Assembly: GCA_965205215.1 (NCBI GenBank)
Contig: OZ242041.1
Span: 544,001-608,000 of the forward strand
DNA from: Nitrosopumilus sp.
GTDB lineage: Archaea > Thermoproteota > Nitrososphaeria > Nitrososphaerales > Nitrosopumilaceae
Reading direction: 5' to 3'
DNA: 64,000 nucleotides
Part shown: in pieces, positions 19,167 through 29,300 of the stretch
Position numbering within the stretch: the stretch's first letter is position 1
How the letters are laid out: every line of letters starts with the position of its first letter
Program-made: the position numbers and the translations under genes
Notes under the pieces: model-generated
Told to the model about the DNA's origin: nothing
The model's input: only the letters and a program-made list of their open reading frames with translations
Databases searched by the model: none

Positions 19167-20671
19167 ACGCTTGCCGTATGACGCTGTTGCCTCAAGATTG
19201 CGTTTGCGAACGCGACTTGGATCTTGTCGCTGCAGAAACCTACGTCAGTCAAAGATGTTCTACATCCAACTTCTATGATGCGGCTCTCTTTTCAGGATAT
19301 GCAAGGTACCATTGCTGAGGCGCGCGGTGAAATGACGGGATTGGCGCCTCTTCGTATCTGTGATGTTCTGCCGATCGCTGGCAACTCCCACCGCCGTAAA
19401 TTGGCCCCAGAAATCTTACTGGCTGATCAGAGCTCGCTGTATGGAGAATCTCAAAGTCGCGGATTTGTCGGCTGGCTTGGCTGCACGGTGGTGATTTACG
19501 ACTTGTCCCTGTCGGGTTGCGCAGGTACTTCCAACTTTGCAGTATTGGAAACAGCCGCGGAATCATTACCGGTGCCGGATCACGAGTCTCGGTGTACGTG
19601 GCAGGCGAGGCTTCTTGGAGAATCATGATTATGACTACTTATTAGTTGTAGAGTGGGACGATAGCCTCGTTCGAACCACTACTCTTACGTCCCGGCCTGA
19701 GATAAAGCGGGAGCCAGCTTGGCTTGGCAGGGAGTGGCGACTCTGACTGTGAAAGACCGTCCAGAGTAGCCGTGCCGCTGCTATGCAGCGTACATGGAAG
19801 TCCACGCGGGGCTAGCAGTGCACTGCATGCAGTCTGGTTGGGGGTCGTCGTGGAGCATGGCAGGGCCGTGCCTCTGGACGCGTGTCCGGCCCAACTTGAC
19901 AGTCCTGCACGTATCTTACTGTCTGTCAACGCTGTTGCCTGCCTGCAGTCCAAGGAAGGCAGCCCGCCTGCACGGGCCGGTTTGGCGAACGCTTTCTGAG
20001 AATTTCGGCATTATTCCAGTTATAACATTGCATTCAACCTTATGATTTTACGAGCAAAGACAGAGAAAATACACAATATTCTCACATCTTGGTCGTAATC
20101 ATCGTACGGACGATTCCCGTGGACATCGTCCCTGGCAAGAGCCTGATCAAGAAGCTGGGCCCCGTCGGGGCGGCCTTGCGTCGGAGGAAAAGCTCCAGTC
20201 GATTGCAAGGCGCAGAACGCTGCTGGACGGCATCGACGAATATCTGGGAGGCGGACGCGCTGGCAGCCCTGAATACTCCGCGTTGTCTGTCGAGAAGGGC
20301 ATCATCCCATAGCCGAACGGTACGGGTTCGGGAACGAGCCGTAGTTGAAAAGTTCATCATGGACTCTGGGGCGCTCGCACATAACGCGGAGGGCGGACTG
20401 CGTCACGAGGGGAGGCGTGTGCATGCTCTTCCACGCGGCCGGAGACGCGGACTGCGCATGTCCGACGACCCCGCACCGCCTGATATCCTGGCCTGCATGT
20501 GGCATGCTCGAGGCGCGAGAGCGGCCACATCAACAGCAATTTGGTGACCGCGTATGTCCGTGTTAACACCATGCCGTCGAACGGGGTTTTCTAGCCACCG
20601 GGCACAGCCGCATCGACATACAAAGCTTATAATGCTTTTTTGCAATTGTAGACACAGCAAGGCGTCTGCTA

Positions 20672-21961
20672 ATGAAGGAATCCCTCACCAAACTCAAGAT
20701 TGATAATTTTAAAAGTCTCAAAGACCTTGAAATCTCGCTGAACCAGTTTAACGTGCTGATTGGGCCAAACGGCTCGGGCAAGACAAACGTACTCGAGTCG
20801 ATCCAGCTTGCGGTATTGTGCATGTCCCCGCAACGGGCTCCGGCATATCCGTTTGCAGACTGGGGTGGATACAGGAACATAGTATGGTCAGGCAACGAGC
20901 ATGAGCCAATCTCGTTACGGATTGGATACTCCATAGACGGATACGACGTTGAATACGCTTCTACGATTGCAAGCCAAAACAACAACCGGCTGGACATACT
21001 CGAGGAGGGGCTTTACATCAAGGACTATCTGGACGTGACACTCAAACTAGACGGGGTTCATTACGACGTCGGCCAGTCTTTTATGTCAAGTATTAACCGC
21101 CTTGATGAGAATAAGAAGATTACAGATGTGCTCGCAAGCCACTTTGTGGTTCCTCATCCCAACAGCAGCGTATCAATCGTGAGATCTGTCTGCTGGAGAA
21201 AGACTGTAATGAACTATGGAAATTTTGTCGTACTGCAATCGGACGCGACTGTTGATGACTCCGGGAGAGGCCACTACCTGCTTGCCTCACCGCGTCTTGA
21301 AGGAAGGAAACGCAACCACGATTCCCTGTATAACGCAGCACTTGATTACCTGACCGATGAAAACAGCGTTATCATGCTAAAACAACTTGACTACGACAAC
21401 CTGCGTCACTCCGTTCCCATTAATTATTACGAAGATCTGGGGGAGGACGGGGACGGACTGATTAATCTGTTATATCAGTGGTATGTCAAAAACCACCAGT
21501 TGCCGGAGGGGATCACATTGGCCCTTGAGGCGCTGTTCCCGAACTGGCAGGTCTCTTTTCAGGTCATACCGGGAAGCGACGTAATAATGACGGTACACGA
21601 CGGGAGGACGGAGCTGGCACCCGCGTCCATACCTGACGGCTTTTACAAGCTGCTGGCAATCCTTGCCGCCGTGGAGCTCGGTCCAAAAATTTTGCTGATT
21701 GACGAGATAGAGAACTCGTTGCACGGAAGAATCATAGAGTACGTCGTGGATCTGCTGCGAACCATTGATTCCACGGTGATTGTTACGACCCACTCGCCCC
21801 TTGTCATAGACTATGTCGACATTGCCAGTCTGGTAATTCTGGAGCGAGACAGTCGTGGAACCGCCTGTCGCAGAACCAAGGATCCGGACCGGCTCAGAGA
21901 GGACTTGGCAGACAAGGGCATTACCCCAAGCGAGTCGTGGCTGTATGGTGACCTACGATGA
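20672..21961 (+). CDS. ABC-type (AAA_21/AbiEii-like) ATPase
   Basis: IDNFKSL, GPNGSGKTN, PDG signature, LLIDEIENSLH and TTHSP. Confidence 0.9.
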   Translation: MKESLTKLKIDNFKSLKDLEISLNQFNVLIGPNGSGKTNVLESIQLAVLCMSPQRAPAYPFADWGGYRNIVWSGNEHEPISLRIGYSIDGYDVEYASTIASQNNNRLDILEEGLYIKDYLDVTLKLDGVHYDVGQSFMSSINRLDENKKITDVLASHFVVPHPNSSVSIVRSVCWRKTVMNYGNFVVLQSDATVDDSGRGHYLLASPRLEGRKRNHDSLYNAALDYLTDENSVIMLKQLDYDNLRHSVPINYYEDLGEDGDGLINLLYQWYVKNHQLPEGITLALEALFPNWQVSFQVIPGSDVIMTVHDGRTELAPASIPDGFYKLLAILAAVELGPKILLIDEIENSLHGRIIEYVVDLLRTIDSTVIVTTHSPLVIDYVDIASLVILERDSRGTACRRTKDPDRLREDLADKGITPSESWLYGDLR

Positions 21962-22428
21962 GGTTTGTATTTCTGGTAGAGGATTATTTTGGCCGTGACT
22001 TCTTCAAAAAGTTCTTTTCTAAAAAAGCATCGGAGAATGTCTTTTCAGGACGGTTAAAGGATTCATACACCTACAATCTTGGGGCAAAGATGGGCCGAAT
22101 AATCGGCGCAAACTTGGGCGACGCTGATCGCGTTATAGTAATTGCGGACGCCGACGGACAAGACCCTGAAGAGAAGAAACAGCGTATTCGCAAATATGTT
22201 GGAAGCAGACACGCAAATCGTGTCAGAATAGTAATGCTGGATTATGAGATAGAGGAGTGGATATGCTATTCCCAAGGCCTCAAGTTCGGTGACCAGAAGC
22301 CTTCTGCCATCCTCAAACATAAAGAAGGATACCAGAAAAGGCAACTGCCGACATATGCGGAGCGTTTGGATTGCGACAAGCTGCAAAACTGCACCAGCTT
22401 CAGACGCCTCCTGTCTGCGCTTGAGTAA
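21958..22428 (+). CDS. TOPRIM-like (DUF4276/RloB-type) partner of the ATPase
   Basis: FLVED, IADAD and EIEEW acidic motifs. ATGA overlap with the ATPase. Confidence 0.7.
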   Translation: MRFVFLVEDYFGRDFFKKFFSKKASENVFSGRLKDSYTYNLGAKMGRIIGANLGDADRVIVIADADGQDPEEKKQRIRKYVGSRHANRVRIVMLDYEIEEWICYSQGLKFGDQKPSAILKHKEGYQKRQLPTYAERLDCDKLQNCTSFRRLLSALE

Positions 22429-22563
22429 ACCATGCAAGCTGGCGTTCTACCGGAGGACTTGTCGATATCCCAACCTCCGCAATGACCGAGACTTGTGTGC
22501 TGCGCACACGGGATCGCCCAAACGGTGTGCTGCTGCTGAGTTGCAAAAGAACGCCGGATCCCG

Positions 22564-23466
22564 TCAGCTGCCCGGCAGCCTGTACGCGGTGCGCGAGTCG
22601 ATCTCCGTTGCCTTGGCCTTGTAACCGTCCGGGTACAGGTTGCGCAAATACTCCAGTTCCTCGTCCGCGCCGTCCTTGGTGCTGGTCCACCAGTACCTCT
22701 CTGACTGGTTCCACTTGTACCCGCGGCTTTTTAGCTCGTCCTTGACGTCAAAGCTGTTGCCGTGGGCGACCACCTTTACGGACGGCTCCAGCATGAGGTT
22801 CAGGCTGCCCGGCACCACGCCCAGCAGCCACGCGGTCGCAAGGCAGTCGGCGTGCGCCCTGTGGTGGTCAAAGAACCACCCCTCGCGCATCAGCAGCTCG
22901 CCCAGCCCCCGCGTGCCGTGTCCCAGTTCCCACCACGGTATCTCCTCCATGGTGCACTTCCACCTGCAGTCGTTTGGGACGATGCGATCAAAGAACGGGC
23001 GGTCGAACTTTGCGTTGTGGGCCGCCATTACGGGATCGCCGCGGATCATGTCGCGCACCTTGTCCGCGTCGATGTGCTTGCCGCGCACCATGTCGTCCGT
23101 TATCCCGGTCAGCTTGGTTATCTTGTCGGATATGGGCTCGCCGGGATCCTCGAACATGTCGAGCGCCTCGTCTACTCCCGCAAGCCTCCCCTCCGAGTCG
23201 TAACGGCACCGCACCATGCCGATCTCTATGACCTTGTCCGTGTCGTGGCTGAGCCCCGTGGTCTCAAAGTCCACTATTACGACGGTGGTGTCGTCGTGGC
23301 GCGGCTCTGCAAGCCTTATCGGGATGTCGTCGTAACGCAGGGGGACCTTTTCCAGCACGCGGTAGTCCTCCGGGTTCCTTGCGATGCCCTCGGCGTGCGC
23401 GCCGGACGGCTTTTTCTGCGTTCCCGTCGGGGTGCGCCACATGGCGTCGCGCCGACGTGCGGTCAA
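22564..23466 (-). CDS. DnaQ-like DEDDh 3'-5' exonuclease, bacterial type
   Basis: VDFETTG, AHNAKFDR and HRAHADC. Start uncertain. Confidence 0.88.
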   Translation of the reverse strand: MTARRRDAMWRTPTGTQKKPSGAHAEGIARNPEDYRVLEKVPLRYDDIPIRLAEPRHDDTTVVIVDFETTGLSHDTDKVIEIGMVRCRYDSEGRLAGVDEALDMFEDPGEPISDKITKLTGITDDMVRGKHIDADKVRDMIRGDPVMAAHNAKFDRPFFDRIVPNDCRWKCTMEEIPWWELGHGTRGLGELLMREGWFFDHHRAHADCLATAWLLGVVPGSLNLMLEPSVKVVAHGNSFDVKDELKSRGYKWNQSERYWWTSTKDGADEELEYLRNLYPDGYKAKATEIDSRTAYRLPGS

Positions 23467-23550
23467 AAAAAGTCTTTGCGGCCCGCACGGCGGCAGCAGC
23501 CGGTGCCGGGCCGCCGCCTGTGTCGCGCGCCGGCTTGCAGGCCGCGGTAG

Positions 23551-24294
23551 TCAAGTGGTGGGCCCGCCATCCATATCCTGCGGGCCGTGTTCTCCCTCGC
23601 TTTGCTGCTGACGCCTCCTCTGCATCTCCCCTATGGCCTCCTTCAGCCTCCCGGCGGACACCATGCCCCCCTTTTTCATCCGCGCAAACAGTTCCGCGTA
23701 CCGGAATTCCCTCTCCGAGTACTCTAGTATCTTTTCGTACTCGCCGTCAAAGTAGTGCTGTATCTCGTCGCCTCCGGAGGTCTCCTTGACGGGCAGTCCG
23801 TACGCGTGCATCAGCGTGTCGTGCCTGAGCCCTGCAATGTCATAGCCGTTGAGCGGCAGATGCATCTGTAGCGTGTCGCATACCACCACCCCCTCCACCA
23901 GCCTGCGGTATACCTCGCGCCCGCCGTCTATGTTGTGGCGCAGCATCCTGGTGTACAGGAACGGCAGGTCAAATCTAGTCAGGTTGTGCCCTATGATTCT
24001 AAAGCCCCTGATCCTCTGGAACCTTGAGAGCATCCCGTAGAACTCGGCGAGTATGGCTCTCTCGTCCGACTCCCACTCCGCGAGGCGGCGCACGGGCCCG
24101 TGCTCGCCGAGCTGGTATGTAATCAGTATGACCTTGCCGTCTGCCGCGCTGAGGGCCCCCTTTCTCACCTTCCAGTATGTGTCGGGATCCGACTGTTTCG
24201 TGAGAGTGCCCTGCCCTATGCGCATGTTCGCGTCCGCGTACTCTGGCGCGGACATGTCCGGCGCGGTCTCGATGTCCAGGAAGAGGTCCATCAA
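23551..24294 (-). CDS. RNase H-like 3'-5' exonuclease (PolB exonuclease-like)
   Basis: FLDIETAP, IIGHNLTRFDLPFL and ILEYS. Confidence 0.8.
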   Translation of the reverse strand: MMDLFLDIETAPDMSAPEYADANMRIGQGTLTKQSDPDTYWKVRKGALSAADGKVILITYQLGEHGPVRRLAEWESDERAILAEFYGMLSRFQRIRGFRIIGHNLTRFDLPFLYTRMLRHNIDGGREVYRRLVEGVVVCDTLQMHLPLNGYDIAGLRHDTLMHAYGLPVKETSGGDEIQHYFDGEYEKILEYSEREFRYAELFARMKKGGMVSAGRLKEAIGEMQRRRQQQSEGEHGPQDMDGGPTT

Positions 24295-24589
24295 ACGCCT
24301 GTACGGTGCTGTACTCTAAAACATTGTGGGCTTAGCCACGTGGCCGTTGGCTGCGTGCGCCGTTATGTGCCAAGTCGCATCCGTGTCTCGGGTAATCTTG
24401 ACTGGGGACCCAGTGTGCGCGGACGCCCTGAAACATCTCCCAACCAGGTCAGAGCTTGGACAAGGTTCCGGGGCGCGCATGAGCATGATACCTGCCAGCT
24501 GAGACCGGTACGTAAAATCGACATGTCGCGTCTGCGGATCTGAATCAGACGCCGCCCTCCCGAATGTATATTTTTATACCAATAATTGA

Positions 24590-25969
24590 GTGACAAGCGC
24601 GTTGTGTCCAACGCAGAAAGTCATGGTGGCGGCGGTAGTGGCATTCTGTGCTGTTGTGGGCGCCACTCTGGCAATTCCGGCTCATGCGCAAACCCTGGGC
24701 GAAATCCCGGCAGAGGGAATACTGGTGTACAAGAACGGAACGCACATCACCGTCGATTGGCAGGATGCAGAGCACGCCACAAAGTATCTGGTGCAAATAT
24801 ACCTTGGTATACGTGTTGCAGACGGACTATTTGTCACAGACTCGATTTTGGTAAACAAGGAGTTGACACCGAACATGGAACACACCATAAAGGCCACTCC
24901 ATACAGGGATTTCAGAGCGGGTGTGGAGACAGAGTTGGCGGTAGTTACACTCGATGGTGTGTCGACAACTCCATTGCCTCCGCCCCCTACAACCCCGACT
25001 ACTCCCACAACGCCTACCACACCCACTACACCGACAACCCCTACAACCCCGACTACTCCCACAACGCCTACCACACCCACTACACCGACAACCCCGACTA
25101 CGCCTACCACGCCTACAAACCTGGTCACCGCCATTACGATCCTGACAGGTATCATAGAAGAGCTCGCACTGAAAATAGCAGCACTGGAGGCAGAGATTGC
25201 GGGGCTGAAGGGAACCTTGGGAGGGCAGATCGTGGTGCCAGTCACTGATTCGGGCGACTTTATCCCCGTCTATCATGGTGCAACGGGTAGAAGCAACCTG
25301 GAGCAGAAATCATATTATGAGAATCAGTTGTTTCTTGAGGGTTTCACGGGACGCCTGACCCAGACGCTTGCCCTGCCCTACAACGTTTATCTCACAATGG
25401 ATGAATGTGACGAACCCGAGGCGGTTTATTATCCGGATTACAAGCGCATAGTCATCTGCTACGAATTCGTCACATTTCTTGAAGAACGGCTGGCACCGTA
25501 CTACAACACGGATGCGGAACTGTCCCGGGGTGTCAACGGTTTCGTTACGTGGGTCATGCTGCACGAGCTGGGGCATGCCCTGATTGACGTGTATGACCTG
25601 CCGGTTACAGGAAATGAGGAGGACGCGGTGGATCAATTCGCCACGATAATCGCGCTGGAATACATCCCGCCTGATCAGGCCGGCAACGTTCTCCGCTCGA
25701 CTCTGCTCGCGTGGTCCCTAGGCCAAAGCAGTATCCTTACTGAAGGGCAGCTTGCGGGCCCCCACTCGCTGGCTTCCCAGAGATTCTACAACGTGGCGTG
25801 CTGGATGTATGGAAGCAACGTACATGCATATTCGAACTTTGTCGACAACGGCTTTCTTACGGAGGCGAGGGCCAGTCAGTGCCAGTCCGAGTACGAGCGC
25901 ATGAGCGAGAGCTGGTACAGGCTGGTCAGTCCGTTTCTGATCAACCCGGGATCAGTGCAGCCGCCCTGA
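24590..25969 (+). CDS. Secreted DUF4344-like zinc metallopeptidase with FN3-like domain and Pro/Thr linker
   Basis: Signal peptide ending AHA, (PTT)n linker, IVICYE, LHELGHALI, GNEEDAVD and QRFYNVACWMYG. Confidence 0.8.
   Translation: MTSALCPTQKVMVAAVVAFCAVVGATLAIPAHAQTLGEIPAEGILVYKNGTHITVDWQDAEHATKYLVQIYLGIRVADGLFVTDSILVNKELTPNMEHTIKATPYRDFRAGVETELAVVTLDGVSTTPLPPPPTTPTTPTTPTTPTTPTTPTTPTTPTTPTTPTTPTTPTTPTTPTNLVTAITILTGIIEELALKIAALEAEIAGLKGTLGGQIVVPVTDSGDFIPVYHGATGRSNLEQKSYYENQLFLEGFTGRLTQTLALPYNVYLTMDECDEPEAVYYPDYKRIVICYEFVTFLEERLAPYYNTDAELSRGVNGFVTWVMLHELGHALIDVYDLPVTGNEEDAVDQFATIIALEYIPPDQAGNVLRSTLLAWSLGQSSILTEGQLAGPHSLASQRFYNVACWMYGSNVHAYSNFVDNGFLTEARASQCQSEYERMSESWYRLVSPFLINPGSVQPP
24986..25118 (+). 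repeat. (PTT)n coding tandem repeat containing an exact 54-bp duplication
   Basis: cctacaaccccgactactcccacaacgcctaccacacccactacaccgacaacc occurs at 24986 and 25040. Confidence 0.9.
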
Positions 25970-26298
25970 TCCAACGATTGCCGGGCCGCCCCTTGAGGTG
26001 GGCAGACGTGTGGGCGTGACACGGCATGCCGTATCCCCCCTCCCCCGCAAAAGGCGGAGCCGCCAAACTGCAAGTCTGAGTGGCGGCGTGCCCGGCTCTC
26101 CCCGCAGTGATCGGTAGGCGGCCCGCGGAGCGGTACCTGGCGCGGCGGATGGATGTCTGGCCGGCCGCTGCGCGGCAGCATGGCCGTCCTGCCCCCAATC
26201 CTCCGGCGACCGCCATATTGGTACAAACATAAAACAGCCGTGCAGCGTGATACAGTGGCGTCCCGTGCCTAGATCTATGAATCAATCGTCCATCACGC

Positions 26299-26321
26299 TT
26301 ATAAGTAAATTTTTTTGACAG
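26299..26321 (+). promoter_or_regulatory. Archaeal TATA promoter of S-layer copy A
   Basis: TTATAA at 26299-26304, ~30 bp upstream of the ATG at 26334, followed by TAAATTTTTTTGACAG. Confidence 0.65.
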
Positions 26322-26333
26322 GCCATCAATAAC

Positions 26334-29300
26334 ATGCAAAACGAAATCTACAGAAAATATACTAGCATAACGCTAATGGCAATCATGGTCGCCGGAGGGC
26401 TGACCTTTGCGATACCAGGCGTGGACCCCGTGTTTGCGGAAGTGAGCACGTCCAACCCGCACCTGTACGTGTCTGCAGAGGGCCAGGACCCCGACAACAT
26501 CTTTGCCGAAGGAAACATAATCGAAGTAATCATAAGAGATGATACAATAGGAGATACCGACGAGGGAGAGGCAGAGCCAGAGGTTACCGTAAACGGTGCC
26601 GACCTGAGGATGCTTCAGACTGCCAACGGCTACTGGACGGCATACTTTGCCGAGGTGGACGCTCTGGCGGGCATTGATAGCCTCCCCTACGGCGAATACT
26701 GTACCGAGACCCAGGCATCAACGGTAACCGGCCTTCAACTAAGCGACGGCAACGGCATTTACCTGCCACCCGGTTCAAACTGCGCAAACGACTCCACTAC
26801 TGCCGACGGGCACCCCCTGATAAGGGAGCCCCGAGACCTGACTAACTATGACGGCAACTCGCTTGGACAGCTTGGACTGTCCAACGCGAACCTGTGGCCC
26901 TTCATCCAAGTGTTCGACTTTACGTCACTGTCTGACGTCGAGATCGTCTACAACAGGGGCGGCACCCAAGAGAGTGTCACCCTCACGTTTGACGACCCGT
27001 CAGAGTCGCACACACTAGACAGGCAAAAGTACCCGCAGGGCGCTCACGTGCACATCGCGCTGATGGACTATGCGCTAAACATAGACCCGACAGACGAGGA
27101 CACGTGGGTGTTCGACACCCAGAACGGTGCCGCATACTACAACCTGTTTGACGAGGACGGAAACGTCCTAACCGCGATGAACCCGGTGAGCGTAGGCTCT
27201 GAGGCCGGCATCGACGAGACCGTCAGCATAAACAGGGGCGCGCAGGGCAACAACGTGATCGAGTGCCAGGTGACAAAGGACTTTGGAATACAGGAGGAAG
27301 ATGACGCAAGCAAGGATTACCTGATGGTTAACGACTACGGCGCCTGCGTGCCCAACACGCTGGGCGGCAACGCTGCCGACCTGTTCAATGACGACAGCTT
27401 CGCGATAGGATTCGTGGAGGACGGCTCGAACAACAACGTGTTCATAAACTGGGCCGAGGACCAGAGGTCCAACATCGTCGTACTGGACGACGCGCTGAGG
27501 GGCAACAGCTTCGAGGTGGACTACAGCTCTCCGGACGCAAAGTCCGGGGTCGTAGGACACTTCTTTGCCGAGCTATCCCTCGACGTGTCTGACGGCGTCT
27601 GGAACTCTGGCGAACGCATACCCATCGTACTGACCGACATGGACGCCAACGTGAATCCCCTCGCAGAGGACGACCTCACGGTGGCCAATCCGAACAGCCT
27701 GCTGGTGCCATCAATCAGGATAGGTTCACCGGTTACGCTGGCGTCGGCCACGGGCGACGTGGAATGGGTCGACCTGGCAGAGGACGACAACACGGCACCG
27801 ACCATCACGCTCAACGGCGGCGACGTTACTCTGGTGCAGGGTACGACCTACACCGAGCAGGGCGCCGTATGTGACGACGACCGCGACGCGGACAAGGATG
27901 CAACAGCATCCGGCAACGTGGATGTCGATACGGCTGGCACCTACACGGTCACATACTCCTGCATGGACAACGCTGGAAACAGCGCAACGTCCGTAACCAG
28001 GACCGTAACCGTCGTGGAGGCCGACAACACCGCACCCACAGTCACGCTGAACGGCAATGCAGCCGCTACGGCGGTGCAGGGTACGACCTACAACGATCCG
28101 GGCGCCGTATGTAGCGACAACGTCGACGCGGACAAGACGGCCACGCCGTCCGGTACCGTAGACACCGCTACGCTTGGCCCCCAGACTATAACGTACACCT
28201 GTACTGACAGCTCTGGCAACACATCAACTGCTACTAGGACAGTAACGGTCGTAGAGGCCGACGAGGAGGCGCCCACAATCACGCTGAACGGCAATGCAGC
28301 CGACACGGTGGTGCAGGGCGGAACCTACACCGACCCGGGAGCCATATGTATCGACAACGTCGACGCACAAAAGGCGGCCACGCCGTCCGGTACCGTAGAC
28401 ACCGCTACGCTTGGCCCCCAGACTATAACGTACACCTGTACTGACAGCTCTGGGAACGAAGCGACGCCGGTGACCAGGACCGTAACGGTCGAAGAGGCCG
28501 ACACCGAGGCGCCCACAGTCACGCTGAATGGTGACGCCACCATCAGGATAGTGCAGGGCGGAACCTACACCGAGCCGGGCGCCGTATGTGACGACGCGGT
28601 CGACGGACAGTCGGCGGCCACGCCATCCGGCAACGTGAATACCAACGCGGTTGGCACCTATACGGTAACGTACACCTGTACGGACAGCTCTAACAACAGC
28701 GCAACTGCAGACAGAACAATCCATGTAGGACTGCCCGTGGTACTGGCGAACATCGTCAGGGACGCCGACGGATGGACCGACGGGGTGTACGAACTCACAG
28801 TGACAGGAACCGTATCCTCAGACGAGCGGGATGTAGAACTCACCACGGACGATATCGAGGACTTTATCCCGATTTCCGTGCCCGTAGCCAACGACGGCAG
28901 CATAAACGGCACGGTGGCTCTGACCAACATCGGGGCCTCCGGAGACATCACGTTCCAGCTGGTCTCTGCGCAAGGCGCCGAGTCAAACGAGTTTACCGTG
29001 AACATACCGCCGATACTGCAACTGTTCAGCATCCAGGCCGCACCACAGTGGGTTATTGCTGATCCTACTAATCTACAAGTTCCAAACCCCCAACTCGAAC
29101 TACGACTAAGTGGTAGTCACGGGGTGGGTAATGCACCATACAGTGTGAGTCTGGTTACGGTGGACGATCCATTAACCGCAGTAATACCGGGAGTCGTATT
29201 TACCAACGACGCTACCACAAGGAATATGAGTGACACCTCTATATCCGACAGAACCCAGTTTATGCTGGCAGTCGTGGTCGGCGACGAGGTCATTGCACAG

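Noticed and set aside
19170-20660. Several short overlapping ORFs, with a possible MNT or PIN fragment near 20100-20500
   Set aside because: There is no coherent motif set. The region looks like decayed island DNA and is too weak to call.
24986-25118. CRISPR-like repeat
   Set aside because: It is an in-frame (PTT)n coding repeat with no spacers, and there are no cas genes in the window.
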